A DNA stretch of 64,000 nt from Chrysomallon squamiferum (Eukaryota > Animalia > Mollusca), in contig CM022670.1 of NCBI GenBank assembly GCA_012295275.1, forward strand, positions 20,646,001-20,710,000, written 5' to 3'. Positions 28,281 to 42,012 of the stretch are shown here, piece by piece (positions within the stretch are counted from its first letter, which is position 1; every line of letters begins with the position of its first letter). The translations under genes and the position numbers were made by a program. Below the pieces are notes generated by a model. The model did not search any database and had not been told where the DNA came from. It worked only from the letters and a program-made list of their open reading frames with translations.

Positions 28281-28836
28281 TTCTGGTAAATCTGAACGTT
28301 TAATACTTAACTAAGAAAGAATTTACTTAGAATATTTTAACGTAACCTCTTAGCTGTGTATAGTAGGTGGAACATGCTTTTTGGAAAAAATGTGACGTTA
28401 AAAATTGTTTACATCATTATCTTCTCTAGTAAATACTATAAACGTGCATTTACAAAACATTATGCCCACTGACAAAAATCAGTAATGTTTTATGAAAACT
28501 TGTTTAGAGGAATGTTATCTGACCGTTTGTAAATCCGTTTCCTCTTAACATTCTGAATCTCACCTCTTCCTTAACAGTTACCAGTACCCGTTTCCATTCT
28601 TGGTTATATGCCCTTTTCTAAATATTATTTAACTTGATTATGTTCTGTTTTCTGGATGATTTTATTGCCTTCGATATGCAGACTTTTAATGAAAAGTGTA
28701 TTAGTTAATGGGTAAAATGTCATTTTGTTTCTTCCAACTTTATATCACTTTCGTAATGGGTGTCACTAAACACCAAACACCAATATATCAGGTAATCGAG
28801 TGATGCGGTCGGTTTCCTACGAAGTTCTAGACATTC

Positions 28837-28846
28837 GCGCATGCGC
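28837..28846. promoter_or_regulatory. NRF1-type palindrome GCGCATGCGC in the putative GT copy B promoter
   Basis: CpG-rich patch in very AT-rich DNA, ~280 bp upstream of a donor (GAG|gtgaga at 28564). Homologous sites at 39801 and 57749. Confidence 0.55.
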
Positions 28847-30317
28847 ACCTACTTTCTTGTGGATCTACTAATATCTTGAAATTAATAAAACTCACAATAA
28901 AAATGTCTGAAAACTCCAAATTTCGTGAAAGAAAAATCCAAACCTTTTTAGGAGCACAATCTTCAAACCTAGAAAATCTAAAAAATGTTAAATATTTAGA
29001 GTTTTTTAAATCTTAACAGAGAAATATAGTGTAGTAGTATTGCGGATTCTCATCCACCTTACAGAGCTGGGGTGGGGGTTATATTATGGGGAAATGTTTC
29101 TGTGTGTCAGATTTTGCCTTGATCTTTAAAGGAATCTACTGGCAGCTTGCTAACTGGCACGATCTACAGCGTGGTCCAGGAAACGTTTTCCTGTGTCCTA
29201 TTATTTGGAAACAGATCACTGTGTTTGTATAATCTTGTTTTGAAACCTAAAATTAATTCGTTGAAACTGAAAACCATGGACAGAAACAGGAATATAGCTC
29301 TTGATAATTACAAACAAGCAGAAACCAGGCAAAATCATGAAATTACCTTTCAAGCCTAGAGGTTCAAGCTGGAGATGTTCTCAAAGATATAGAAATGATA
29401 ATGATAAAGTGCATGAATAAATTCACTTGGAAATCTTGTCCTTATAAAGATGAAATATAAGCGTACATGACGGAGCGGTCCGGCGTTAAGCCGTCCCATT
29501 GTCGTTCAGTATTGTATTCAGAAAGTTTTGGTGCGGAGTGATCAAAGGGTGGTTTTTGTTCTAACGGTGGATGACAGCTTCATTTACTGTGGAGGACATT
29601 TTGCAAGTTTCTTCTTAATCTAGCATCATAAACAGGCAGGAGATCTTGTGGTATTAACTAAATCATTATGCTGTTTGAAGTAACACTCCTAGCAAGGTTA
29701 ACTTAGCCTATGTCTATTTATTCTGCACCACTCCAAAAAGTATCGCTTCTGCAAATCTGGCAACCCCTTGTTCTCTGTTTACACTATTCATCATAAATGT
29801 CAAGCTGTTCTTCCTGGATTGTGATTTATATAATTGAAAAGTATATCATCAAAGCTGCCTCTTACGTAATGAAGTATTTACAACTTTTGTAATATGAATG
29901 TAAAAGGATTAGAAGCTGAAGTTCACCTAGATAAGATTTAAGAAGTGTCTTTTGAGAAGATATTTATGAATACCTGTTTGTTGATCTTGTTCTTGCTCCT
30001 CTTGCTGTTGTTGATATTGCTACTGTTTTTGTTACTGTTGTTAATTATTTTATTAATTTTGTTATCACCAGAAGTACCTGTCTGTTGTAATGTTTGCATT
30101 TTACTACTACTACTACTATTATTATTATTATTATTATATTTCTTCTGCTTCTTCTTCTTATTATTATTATTTTAAACATATCATTTACACACTGGATAGG
30201 AATTATTTGCGCGCGCACACACACACAAAGAGAAAGAGAGAGAGAAAAAAACACACAGATCAAACAGTAATTAAACATTCTGATAAAATGGTGAATAAGA
30301 AAATACATGTATGTGTG

Positions 30318-30348
<31 letters not shown>

Positions 30349-30715
30349 TTCGGATTCATAACATTACCTGGATATTTAAAAGGACTGTTAAAAAGCTGTA
30401 CAATGGTTTTTCAGATGTGAAAAGATATAATGTTTACAAACATTTCTATCTGCACCTAAGACAGTTAATAATATATGTACGTGACATTAATTTTGCTGTC
30501 AAGAGGTAAAATTCAATACACTAAAATTGATAACATCAACAAAGCACAATAATAATTATAATAAAAAAGAAAATAATAACAACAACAACAACAACAACAA
30601 TACTAATACTAATTATAAATAAATAAGTATGTGACTAACTAGCTAAATGAAATTATAAATACAAATATAAAAATACACATATCCAAGAAAACTAAAATTG
30701 GAAAATATTCCATCA

Positions 30716-30781
<66 letters not shown>

Positions 30782-32730
30782 AATAAATATTTTGGGAAAA
30801 ATGTTCAAATGTTTTTGTTCTAATTCTTCTTTTTCTTCGCCACAAAAAAAAAGGCAAAAATATCATTATGATGAAACGTTTCTGATATAGATCTTCTTAT
30901 GCTTATGATATTATTAATACATAAATTATTGTGTACTGTATAAAATACAATTACACTAATTAATTAATGAATAAATGAACAAAACATTTCCATCACATCA
31001 GATATATCAACAGTTTTATATTAACAGCAGTCCTGATGTCTTCTCGTCCTTTTCAGAGATATTAATATTATTTGTTTGAATATCCTTTTTTTATAGGTAA
31101 TTTAAATATGGTATTTCTTTTTTTGAATTATGTTATAGATTACCTTTTATATTCCTAAAAGCATCTGTCTTCAAATTTGAATTTGAATGACTTAATAGTC
31201 ATCTGTAATAAATTACTCAAGATATTTTTTTTAGGTAATTTAAATATGATGTTTCTGTCCGTTCATTGTGTTCCTACAAGCTTTTATCTTCAATTTCAAA
31301 ATTATTAACTAAGTTACCGAACAAAATTCATTTTTGATCTTTTGATTATGCTATCTCAGTTTAACATTGGATGTCGATGTTTATTTCAGATTTTATTTGT
31401 TTTTAATATTCATTAATTTATATTTCCAAATGTAAAAATTTCAACTCGGCAAAAAATTTCAGTAATTTCTTGTTACAGTCTTTTTCACCATTTGAATCAA
31501 TAAACCATTTTTCGTTGCATAAAATTGAAAATATTCATCAATGTTCGATTATCTAATATAACTTACTGAATATACATCATCTTCTACTATTATTCTACAA
31601 GAAAAACATGAATTCTGTTAGGGAATGTTGTCTTACTACCACACCTGCTTTATCGTCATTTTTATTCTACATAACAGTTGTAAAAGAGAGAAATAAAAGG
31701 TTCGCGAGGACGTACAGACGCTAACATTAACAAAATTATAACATTTAAAATTACTAAAGTAATGCATATAGCTTATAGTAAAATTCTTTCTTTATTTTTT
31801 TAATTCGTCCTGTTATTCCTTTATTTTTCTGATTATATTTTTATCAGAAAGTATGCTCAAAAAGAAAGTGAATGAAAGCCAGTCGAAGAGAGATAAATTT
31901 GTTGATACAATACATCACATACAGAAATGAAAGATATTCTGCTTGTTTCACATTCTGAGCTTGTTACAGAAGACAAAAACTGTGAGATTGTTCCTGAAAT
32001 ATATTTCTTATCCTTCACGTATACACGATGCCAGATAATCGTAGATTACAAACATGTTCATTAAACGAAATAATTTTCTTTCCTCCTTCTCATTTCTGAC
32101 AGAGACTACATAGACTATTACAGATTCGTTATTTGTGTGAGATAAATAAACTCAGGTGAGTTGTTATCCTGGTATATGTAACTGGCCTTTATACCAAATC
32201 CCGGTAAAAAAATTAATTAAAATAAAGAACCATACATACAAAGTTAAAATGAACTAGAGAAATGACACTCCGTTTTTAGGTTACAATCTCTTATTTGATA
32301 TGACCGCATTAAGCAAATCACAAATTATCATTCTACTTTGACTTGAACAGGGGCCCAATAATACTGTAATATTTGTGATACATTATTACTATTACAATTA
32401 CTACTATTATTATATTAATGGTGTTATTTATATCAAATTTTCTTTATTGAAATAAATAGATACGAACAGTAAACAAAAAAGTATCAAATGAATCTATTCG
32501 CTTGTTTAATATTAAAATATTTATTTATCTTTGCACACAAACACACATGCACACAATGTTTTTAAAACTTGTATTTGAGGAAAACAACTTATAGTTCGTA
32601 TATATATATATATATCACAGCACACCCAGTGCCATCATAAGATTTATGTTTTTCGATATGTATATATTCTTTTCTTCTGATATTATACAGGTTAACGCTA
32701 AAGATTCACTTCAGTGCACTTTCTCAAATT

Positions 32731-32767
<37 letters not shown>

Positions 32768-33109
32768 GAACAACAACAAACTATTTAAATAATCATTTCC
32801 TGTTTTTCATTAAACCATCAAGTAAAGTAACATAAAAGGATAATGTTCTAAAGATTTTATCAGAGAAAATTATAAGCAAAATGCACATTCAGTTATAAAA
32901 AAATATTAAACGTGAACCTTACAAACAGTGAGTAACGAAAAATATATGCATATAACTTGCGTAATAATATACTGATAGTATATATCAGTTAGAAATCTTG
33001 CTGTGATTTAAACAGTATTTTTGAAGTTGAAACATTTCTTGATACACTGTTATCCTGTACAAAGTAGTTAATTTTAATCGTCTCACCGTTAATAATAAAT
33101 AAATTATAT

Positions 33110-33285
33110 ATAACAGTTACTGTATTATGCATTTCAAATTATTTAATAACGGTAGAGTTATAGCAAATATATCTAAGTATTTCACCGCATTATTTAAGGA
33201 TTTTACTTTTGAGGGTATCTAATTCTACATTGGATTTTAAATCCATATGTGAATGACATAGTTTTCCTGATACCATACTATTGAG
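33110..33285 (-). pseudogene. Highly degenerate GT32 C-terminal remnant
   Basis: Reads YVIHIW...KSLNN..GEILRYICY with stops and a frameshift, versus YVIHLW...KTLNNTVGEIFRYIYY in copy B. Confidence 0.65.
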
Positions 33286-33296
33286 TTATTTCTGGT

Positions 33297-33416
<120 letters not shown>

Positions 33417-33623
33417 GCTATCTCACCGAATATTATTCATGTACACATGCGCACTCATAATATATACGGTCCATACACACATATATATTCATAATAAAGT
33501 ACGTGATGTTTAGATTAGTTATGAAATAAAGTAGTGAAACTAACCATATATAATGCTGTTCTAAATTTGTATTTCCATATATATATATTCTTTATTTATT
33601 GCTTACATAAACATGTTTCAAGA

Positions 33624-34201
33624 CTAAATCCAAAGCTTTTTGGCTGTCTCTGGCAAAGCTTCTACTGCCACAACTCGTTTTCCTATTTTAGCTAGTGTTA
33701 GAGCATGTGCACCCAGATTAGCACCGATGTCTAGAAAATCCATGGTCTTGTCTTTTGTCATGATGTCAGTGACCATTTTCACCAGTTCAGGTTCCCAGTT
33801 GCCTTTCTCTATTATTGATCTCGATACAAATCTGTCCGTTTGTTTAGGGTAGACATATATAGGTACATTTCCAGCCATTGTTTTTAAATTTGTTTTCACG
33901 GTGTTGTGTTTATCTGGACAGTCTCTATCTGTCGGTTTCCACCTGCCGTCGTGTCTGACAAGAACACTGCACGAACAAACGCCTGTTTTTGTCTTTAAAG
34001 AAGTAAAATACTGTTTCAGTATGGAATCCATTGGTGACTTCACATTATCTGGAGTGTTGATGCTGGCTGAAAACATGTCCCAAGGAGAGTTCAGATCAGG
34101 CGAATGCCACATCCACGTGACAAATAATGTTAATATCATTAACAAAAGCGGAATTCGCCATTTACCCCACACCAAACAAATTAAATTGTATTTTCTTCTA
34201 T
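33624..34201 (-). pseudogene. FkbM methyltransferase copy 1, C-terminal half deleted
   Basis: Matches MT-3 up to VEALPETAK, then joins the 3' end. A small 5' deletion also removes the ATG used by the intact copies. Confidence 0.85.
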
Positions 34202-36787
34202 CTGAAAAAGTAAGGAAAGAATATATATTATATATATACACACATCTATTACTTTTGAAAACACATTCAACAGATTTTGCTGTTGAATGCATATTTGAAT
34301 TTTATTTCTCAGATTTTGTTAGCAACGAAATATATTAAATGATATATTAGCGAATACACATTTAACTGTTGCATTAAGTGAAGTGTAACTATTAGCTGGT
34401 ATTGCCGTTATAATAATTGTTTTAACTGGAGTAAAAGACTCGGTAGTGATAAATGACAAATTGACTCGATGTTTGTTTAACGACACTTCAAAATAATAAT
34501 CTGTTTCTAGGTGTCATTGTATGATGACAGTGGTGATACGTATACTATGTAACGAAATGTGTCAGTGTAAAAGGCTGCTTTATTATATTTTGAACTGTAT
34601 ATAATTAATAGAATCGAAATACGAACTATGATCGCAGACATAGTTTAAAATATATGATAAAAATTAACTATGGTACTAACGAAAAGAGCAGAACATCAGT
34701 GTATTCATTGAGCTATCGAATAATTACAAATAAAATTAAATCGTAATATTTTGTACCTATTAAAATTATTCCTACCCTTTAAAATTACAAATCTATGTAG
34801 ATAACTTAATAAGAATTAAACTATGCAAAATAATTTGATTCATTGTCTTCAGTATGTTAATTAATGCAAGACTTCGTTTTCTTTTCCTGAAAATATTCAG
34901 AACATTTTCAGGGTAGGAACAATAGATAGGTTGTCCACGACTAACTGAATTTAGACAGATTCTGAAATTTACCTGATTATAAACCTGTAACTCATTTTCA
35001 AGATAAGGACGTTCTTGATTATTTTTTTTTCTGCTTAACCAGGAGAATATATAAACAACTGTGCTATTATATGCAACAAAAGAAAAATTTCAGCAACATT
35101 TATTTAAGCAATCTGAACATGCCTTTCTTCTGTTTGTTGTGCAACCAATGGATGTCGGGCATCACCACGTTATATTGGAATAGAAACGATGAAGAAAAAA
35201 ACCAATCAGATGATGTGGCGATAAACTCAATGAGCACTAGTCAGGGAGCATCCAGTTGAGGATAGCACAAGACAGAAAAGTACGTCAACATTTTGACGAT
35301 TTGGCTACACAATGATACTGATTAAAATACATGAATTAAAAAAATCGGTTTTAAAAAAATCGCCGTTCTATTTATTTCTTTTGAATATGGTAATCACGCA
35401 CAGATATTCTCCAATAAATTATTTCACTACAATTGTATTTAAAGAAGATCATCACTTTAAAAAAGTTTAAATATTTTGCTTGAGGAAAATGATAAATTAA
35501 CATTAAACTGCCGTAGGAAATTTGGCTAGAAAGTGTATGAGTTGGCTTCTTTCTTTTCGTTTATTTTTAATTTTTAATTTTGTTTTGCTTTGTTTGTTTG
35601 TTTGCTTATTTGTTGTTGTTGTTTCAGTTACTTAAAATTTTAAAATGTTAATTATAGAATTGGGCTTTTCTGCAAAATTCAAAATACAAGAAATGAGATA
35701 ATGCCTTCGGTCGTTTCTAATACCAGTATTTCAGACTGCGTCTTGAGTAATCTTGCTAAGTAAATTTTAGGTTTCGCTGTATCATCATGACCAGTACTGG
35801 CAGGCGTGTATAGATTTAATATTAATAGGAAAAGATATTGTTATTTAAATGTTATTACGGCAATAATAATGATTCAGAAGCATATGGTGTGGCTTTTGTT
35901 GTTGGTGTTTCTTTTGTGGGTTTTTTAAAGGGGCGTCTAAAGAAGTCGCATGTGACTCGTCACGTAACCAAGTTAGAACCCAGCAACAGTCGTAACACTC
36001 TTTCTCCAAAATAGCCTTAACTGTACATATAAATATATTTCATATTTGATGATGATGATACTGTCAGGACCTGTGCGCATCTGTGTGAAAAACTATGAAA
36101 GTAACATTCCGTAAAAAACGCGTTCTGACTCAGAGTGTTTAATTATCATGAAATAAAATATTTTCATATTGGTGTAATTAGCAAAACTGTCATGTGTATG
36201 TTGTAACGTAATATGCACATGTATAAAAATTATTTTAGCAATAATGTTATAATTTTATTAATACTGTTAATACCAGCGACCATACATCCTTGCAAAACTT
36301 AAAAGTGTACATAGGAATTTATATGACCTGTATTTTCGTATGAATAATAATTTACAAAAACATAAATATCTATCTATCTGCTTAAAATCTTGAAAATTAA
36401 TAATTTTGATGCTTATTCGATATCTCTTATAATTTGTTTTAATAATATATACATATTTTTTCATATACAGAAAAAAAAAAAAACAAACTATTTAATGATA
36501 TGCAGGTGACACTTTATTAAGAAAATTTGGCTAATTATGTTATATGTTTTACATAAATTATCGTAAAAAACAACAAGAACGAGAACCAAAAAAAATAAAG
36601 ACAAAAATCAAAGAAAAATTGAAAACAGCAGTATATACTATAATCTAAAAAAAAAAATTAATTAAAAAATAAAATAAAATAAAAATGTAAACAACAATTA
36701 AATCTTAATAAGAGTATTAAACATTACTTGAAACGTCCAGTGCAATTTTAATTGTGTTTCTATTGCTCTTCTGATATCCAGTTACAG

Positions 36788-37888
36788 TTACTTAATAATG
36801 CGAGAATTACCATAGTAAATATATCTAAATAATTCACCAACGGTATTGTTTAATGTTTTTATCATTTCAGAATTGTAATTCATCTTTCGATACTTAAACC
36901 ACAAATGAATGATATAGTTCTTCTTCCAGTCAAACTTTTCCCCGATACCATAAAGTAGATTCATTCCTTTTATGTCATAATTAGGACGACAGATAGATGA
37001 TTTTTCTGTATGAATTAAATTTCTGTATTTGACAGCTAACTGGGCTGGAAGCCGAACTGAATGTTGGTTCCAGACTTTGTCATTAAACGTTGAGTAATTC
37101 GAATGCCATAGCTTCATGAAGTCAGACCAAGGTGCAGCAATGAGCACACCATTGCACAAACCAATGTCACTTTCGTATCCCATTACCATTTCGTATTTCA
37201 GTAAAGGATCCAAAGGTTTAACAACAATCGAATCCAAATCAAAATACATTCCTCCAAATTCTAGCACAGATTCCAGCCGCATGATATCAGAGATATGTTG
37301 CGGAACTTTTACCGGTCGACCATATATTTCTGTTGGAATATTTTTCTTAATTAGATATAGCTTTTGAACCTTTCGTCGCATTTCTTTAAAATATTTTCCT
37401 TTTGGAATGCAATCAATCCATAAATATGTTCTGTCAGGTTCCAAAAATTTCTGTGCTGCTAAAAATGCTATCATGTAATGAAACAGAAAAGGTTTCTGTT
37501 CCGGATCAAGACAGGAAAGCCAGATGAAGTGTACCAAACTTGGAACAACTCGACGATCGTGTTTTATAGTTTTGTTATAATTCACTTGTGATGTTAGCAT
37601 TTGTTTAAAAGTACTGTTCCTGTGGTAAATATAATATTCAACAGATTTATTTTCTTTGCATATGTTGGGTTCCAAGCATAAATAATTATTTTGTTCAGAA
37701 ACTCCAGAATAATTTTTTCTTACATCTTGCTTAGAATCACTGGAAGTCTGGAAAGCAGATTTCCTTAAGTAATTTTCGAAATTGATATTCGAATTCAGAA
37801 AGAGATAAACCAAAACAGGTATTACTATCAAATTGCAGAATACGATTTTGAAGAATGTTCTTTCACAAGTTACCATTTTAATGCCGTG
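36788..37888 (-). CDS. GT32-family alpha-1,4-glycosyltransferase-like protein, copy C, main exon (intact)
   Basis: 362-aa ORF from the ATG at 37876, signal anchor IVFCNLIVIPVLVYLFL, GGMYFDLD motif. Acceptor ccctag|CAC GGC ATT AAA ATG is in frame. MNQ exon at 38785-38793. Confidence 0.92.
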   Translation of the reverse strand, partial: HGIKMVTCERTFFKIVFCNLIVIPVLVYLFLNSNINFENYLRKSAFQTSSDSKQDVRKNYSGVSEQNNYLCLEPNICKENKSVEYYIYHRNSTFKQMLTSQVNYNKTIKHDRRVVPSLVHFIWLSCLDPEQKPFLFHYMIAFLAAQKFLEPDRTYLWIDCIPKGKYFKEMRRKVQKLYLIKKNIPTEIYGRPVKVPQHISDIMRLESVLEFGGMYFDLDSIVVKPLDPLLKYEMVMGYESDIGLCNGVLIAAPWSDFMKLWHSNYSTFNDKVWNQHSVRLPAQLAVKYRNLIHTEKSSICRPNYDIKGMNLLYGIGEKFDWKKNYIIHLWFKYRKMNYNSEMIKTLNNTVGELFRYIYYGNSRIIK

Positions 37889-38049
37889 CTAGGGTAAAAA
37901 AAAGTATAAATCCTGTTGACATTCATATCTTTACATTTTGTAGTAAGTAAGTTTCTATTCTAGGAATTTATTTTTATCTTAGTAAATAGTAGTTTTTTTT
38001 TTTTTTTTTTAAATAACTATTTCTAACAATCCTTAAGAGAAAAGGTCTG

Positions 38050-38895
38050 ATGTTTTAGACCATAGGAAACAATCTCTTTGTCAACGTTGTTTTCATGCGT
38101 CTTTCAACAAGAGGACATAATATATATTCTACAAACATTTATGATAATATGTCACAAGAAAATGGTGTAAAACTGAATTAACTTAGAATATCATTTATTA
38201 AGTTTTCCGTTCAATTATTAGAAACAAATATTATTATAATTGGTGTAAACTGGGTTTACTGGGTGTTAATATATTTTAATTATGTCCAAAAAAACGAAGG
38301 TTTAAATGAATACAAAAAATAAAAATAAAATAAAAATAAAAATAATAATAGTGATCACGTTTGTTACCTGATATATCCTAGGATATCTTGAATAAATGCT
38401 GAAGGAAACGGCAGATGACAATACGAATGTAGTTTTTGCTCAGAACTCCGAACACATCTGATTTCAATGAAGAATTTTAAAGATTTTTTAGACCATAGGA
38501 AACAATCTCTTTGTTAACGTAATTTTCATTCGTCTGTCAACAACAGGACATATATATATTCTACAAATATTTATGATAATATGTCACAAGAAAATGTAAA
38601 ACTGGTTCAACTTAGGATATAACTGATTAACTTTCCCAATCTTATTATTAGAAATATATATTATTATAATTAATGTAAAAAAAGTAAATCTTACGTTTAC
38701 TGGATGTTATTATATTTTAATTATGTTCAAAATACGCATGTTCAAATGAATACAAAACATAATAATTATGTTAACGCTTGTTACCTGATTCATCCTAGAA
38801 TGTTTTGAATACATGCTGATGTAAAACCCAGGTCAGAATACTAATGCAGTTTTTGCTCAGAACTCCGAACACATCTGTTTTCAATGAAAAATTCT
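38050..38895. repeat. ~430-bp tandem duplication containing two versions of the GT start exon
   Basis: tttagaccataggaaacaatctctttg at ~38054 and ~38487. ATA TAT CAG|gt at ~38368-38376 versus ATG AAT CAG|gt at 38785-38793. Confidence 0.8.
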
Positions 38896-39000
38896 AAACA
38901 GGTCACTTTATACTTGTTACAAATATGAATATGTTCAAAAATAAATTATAGATTCAGACTAACAGATGGAATTTAAATAAATTATTCTGAATATCCTAGA

Positions 39001-39358
39001 CATGGGGTGCGCAACCTGCGACCGTGGGAAGGATGTCGCCTCATCGAATTTAAAATCTCATTTGAAATATAACGAGGCTGCGTGTCAGTATAAACATTCA
39101 TACACCCATCAGTTTCCTCTGACTGTTGTTTGATGCCGTACACAACAAGGCATCCAGTATTCATTTTCAGATCCGAGGGTTTTAATGTTGTTATTTAATA
39201 AAAGTAATAAATAGTATTAAGTCACAGTGATTCATTGTTAGAAAATTATACAAAATCATATATGTTACGCTTTCAATTTTAATGACATTTGTGCGGCCGT
39301 ACTGGCAGTGACGTTAAAGCTTTGCGGCCTATAAGATCAGAAAGTTTGCGTATCCCTG
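39001..39358 (+). mobile_element. hAT/Charlie-type MITE (paralogous position)
   Basis: catggggtgcgcaacct ... aagtttgcgtatccctg, with the same flanks as the 27916 copy. Confidence 0.7.
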
Positions 39359-39800
39359 TTCTGGTAAATCAATACCTTTAATACTTAATTAAGAAACAAT
39401 TTACTCAGAACCCCTCTTGTGTGTATGTGGGTTATACATGGTTTTTGTAAATATTATAAACGTGTATTAACAAAATATTATTCCTGCTGACAAAAATTAG
39501 TAATATGTTAGAAAACTTGTTTAGAGGAACCTTATCTGACCATTTGTCAGTCTTTTTGCTCTTAACATTCTTTTACTCACCCTTTCCTTAACAGTTACCA
39601 GTATCCGTTTCCACTCTTGATTACATCTCCTTATCGAAATATTATTTTAACTTGATTATGTTCTGTTTTCTGGATAATTTTATTGCCTTCGATATGCAGG
39701 CTTTTAATAAAAAGACCATTACTTAATGTGCAACATGTGATTTTTTTGCTTCAGACTATATATCAGATAATCGATTGATGCGGCTGGTTTTCTATATACT

Positions 39801-39810
39801 CGCATGCGCA
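39801..39810. promoter_or_regulatory. NRF1-like site in the putative GT copy C promoter
   Basis: cgcatgcgca at the position homologous to 28837; donor AGG|gtgagt at ~39581. Confidence 0.45.
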
Positions 39811-40639
39811 GTTGCTTTCTTGTGTATCTACTTAATATAATGTTGACAGTTGTTTACAATGCGAGAGGTTTTAACATTTGCCTACTTGATTATCTATTTA
39901 GCATAAGATAGTCAGTTGTGTACATTGTCCCACAAACGAGTATTCGCTTGAGTAAAATGTATTCAAACCGAGATATAATCGGCAAAAATACAAATACACA
40001 TTTCGGTTATTTTAATCAGTTTCTTTAGTTGAACTACTAGTATCTTGAGATTAATAAATCTTACAACACAAATGTCTCTAATCTCCAAGATACGTGAGAA
40101 AAATCCAGATCTTTTCAGGATCACAATATTCAAACCTAAAAAACCTAAAAATGTTAAATATTTTGAGTTTTTTAAATATTAAAATAAAACTATAGTGTAC
40201 TAGTATTGGGATTCTCATCCACCTTCCAAAGGTGGGTAGGTTATTGTGGGGAGAATTTTTCTGTTTGTCAGATTTTGCCTTGATCTTTAATAGGATCTAT
40301 TCTCTGCTTGCTAACTGGCACGATCTACAGAGTTGCCCATGAAAAGTTTTGCTATGTCCCATCATTCGGAAACAGAGCATTGTATTTGTATAATCTTGTT
40401 TTGAAACCTGAAACTCATTCTCTGAACCAGAAAACTATGGTCAGCAACAGGAAAATAGCCCTTGATAAACAGAAGTCAGGCCTATCATGAAAATTATCGT
40501 GCATGCATGTATGCATAAGAGTCTACCTTTCAAGTCTAGAAGTTCAAGAAGATATAGAAATAATAATGATACAGGAATAGGCCTAATGCATGAATAAATT
40601 CACTTGCAAATCATTCACTTATAAAGATGAAATATATGG

Positions 40640-40990
40640 CTACGTAACATAGCAGTCCAATTTCTTCATAACGTTGATTTTCCGTTAAGCCTGGACGGCG
40701 ACCCATTATAAGAGGATAAATTCTTACTTTTGTTTTTGGATAATGTTGGTTCAGTGCACCAAAATGTGATTTCAGTACATCCGTATTGCACGCGCTTCTG
40801 CCACAGCACGAGTATACATGGCTGCGTGCGATATGACAAATGGTGTTCTTTTCATTACCCAAAGCGACAGGACATATGCAGCTAACATATTTCCAAGTTT
40901 TATCACTTTATTTTAATTTATTTGGAAGAAACAGTCATTTACAAAACCGTTCTAAACCTGTTTGGTTAATATTATAAATCTGCAAAAAGC
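40640..40990 (-). mobile_element. Possible Tc1/mariner 5' fragment
   Basis: MGRRPGLTENQRYEEIGLL resembles the N-terminal HTH start of Tc1-like transposases. CpG-richer block; no DDE domain or TIR pair seen. Confidence 0.35.
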
Positions 40991-41178
40991 AGGATTACAG
41001 TGCTCTTTTAATAGCATAGATAAATCATTTGAACGTAGGCATTTTAACTCTTCACAAGTAGTTTTCACGTCATAGCAGAACCTGTATTAATACAAGAGTG
41101 ACCATTGATAATCAATTTTGATGTAAGTAAGATGGTGAGATTAACTATTTTACGTTTTTGGGGATGATTTGACATTGA

Positions 41179-41229
<51 letters not shown>

Positions 41230-41975
41230 TCTTTCTCTTTAGACGTAATAATAAACATATTAAGAAAAAATTTTAAAATGTGAGTTTGGTGAGATCATTT
41301 GGTTGAATATGTTGTTGTGAACATTTCTAGGAAATCGCATGCTGTGCATAACAGTGGTCGGGATGATCTGATGTTAGATGATAAATATGAAAGTATTGTC
41401 CTGAAGAAACTTATGAAGGTTTTGGTGCGGAGTGATCAAAGGGTGGTTTTTGTTCTAAAGGAGGATGACACAGCTTCATTTACTATGGAGGACATTTTGC
41501 AAGTTTCTTCTTAATCTAGCATCCTAAACAGGCAGAAGATCTGGTGTATTAACTAACCCATTACGCTGTATGAAGTAACACTCCTAGAAAGGTTAACGTA
41601 ACCTAGCTCTATTTATTCTGCACAACGCCAAAAAGAATCACTCCTGCAAATCTGGTAACGCCTTGTTCTCCATTTACACTATTCATGATAAATGTGAAGC
41701 TATTCATCCTGGATTTTGATTTTCATAACTGAAAAGCGTATGAGCTAAGGTGCCTCTCCCCTACTCAAAACATTTACAAGTTTTATGATACGAATGTAAA
41801 TGGATTGGAAGGTGAAGATCACCTAGATGAATAAGATTTAAGAACATCTTTTGAGAAAGTATTTCTGAATACCTGTTTCTTGCTCTTGTTCTTACTTTTA
41901 TTGCTGTTGTTTTTGTTACTGTTGTTAATTATTTTATCTATTTTGTGATGACCAGCAGGAATGTTTGCAATTTAC

Positions 41976-42012
<37 letters not shown>

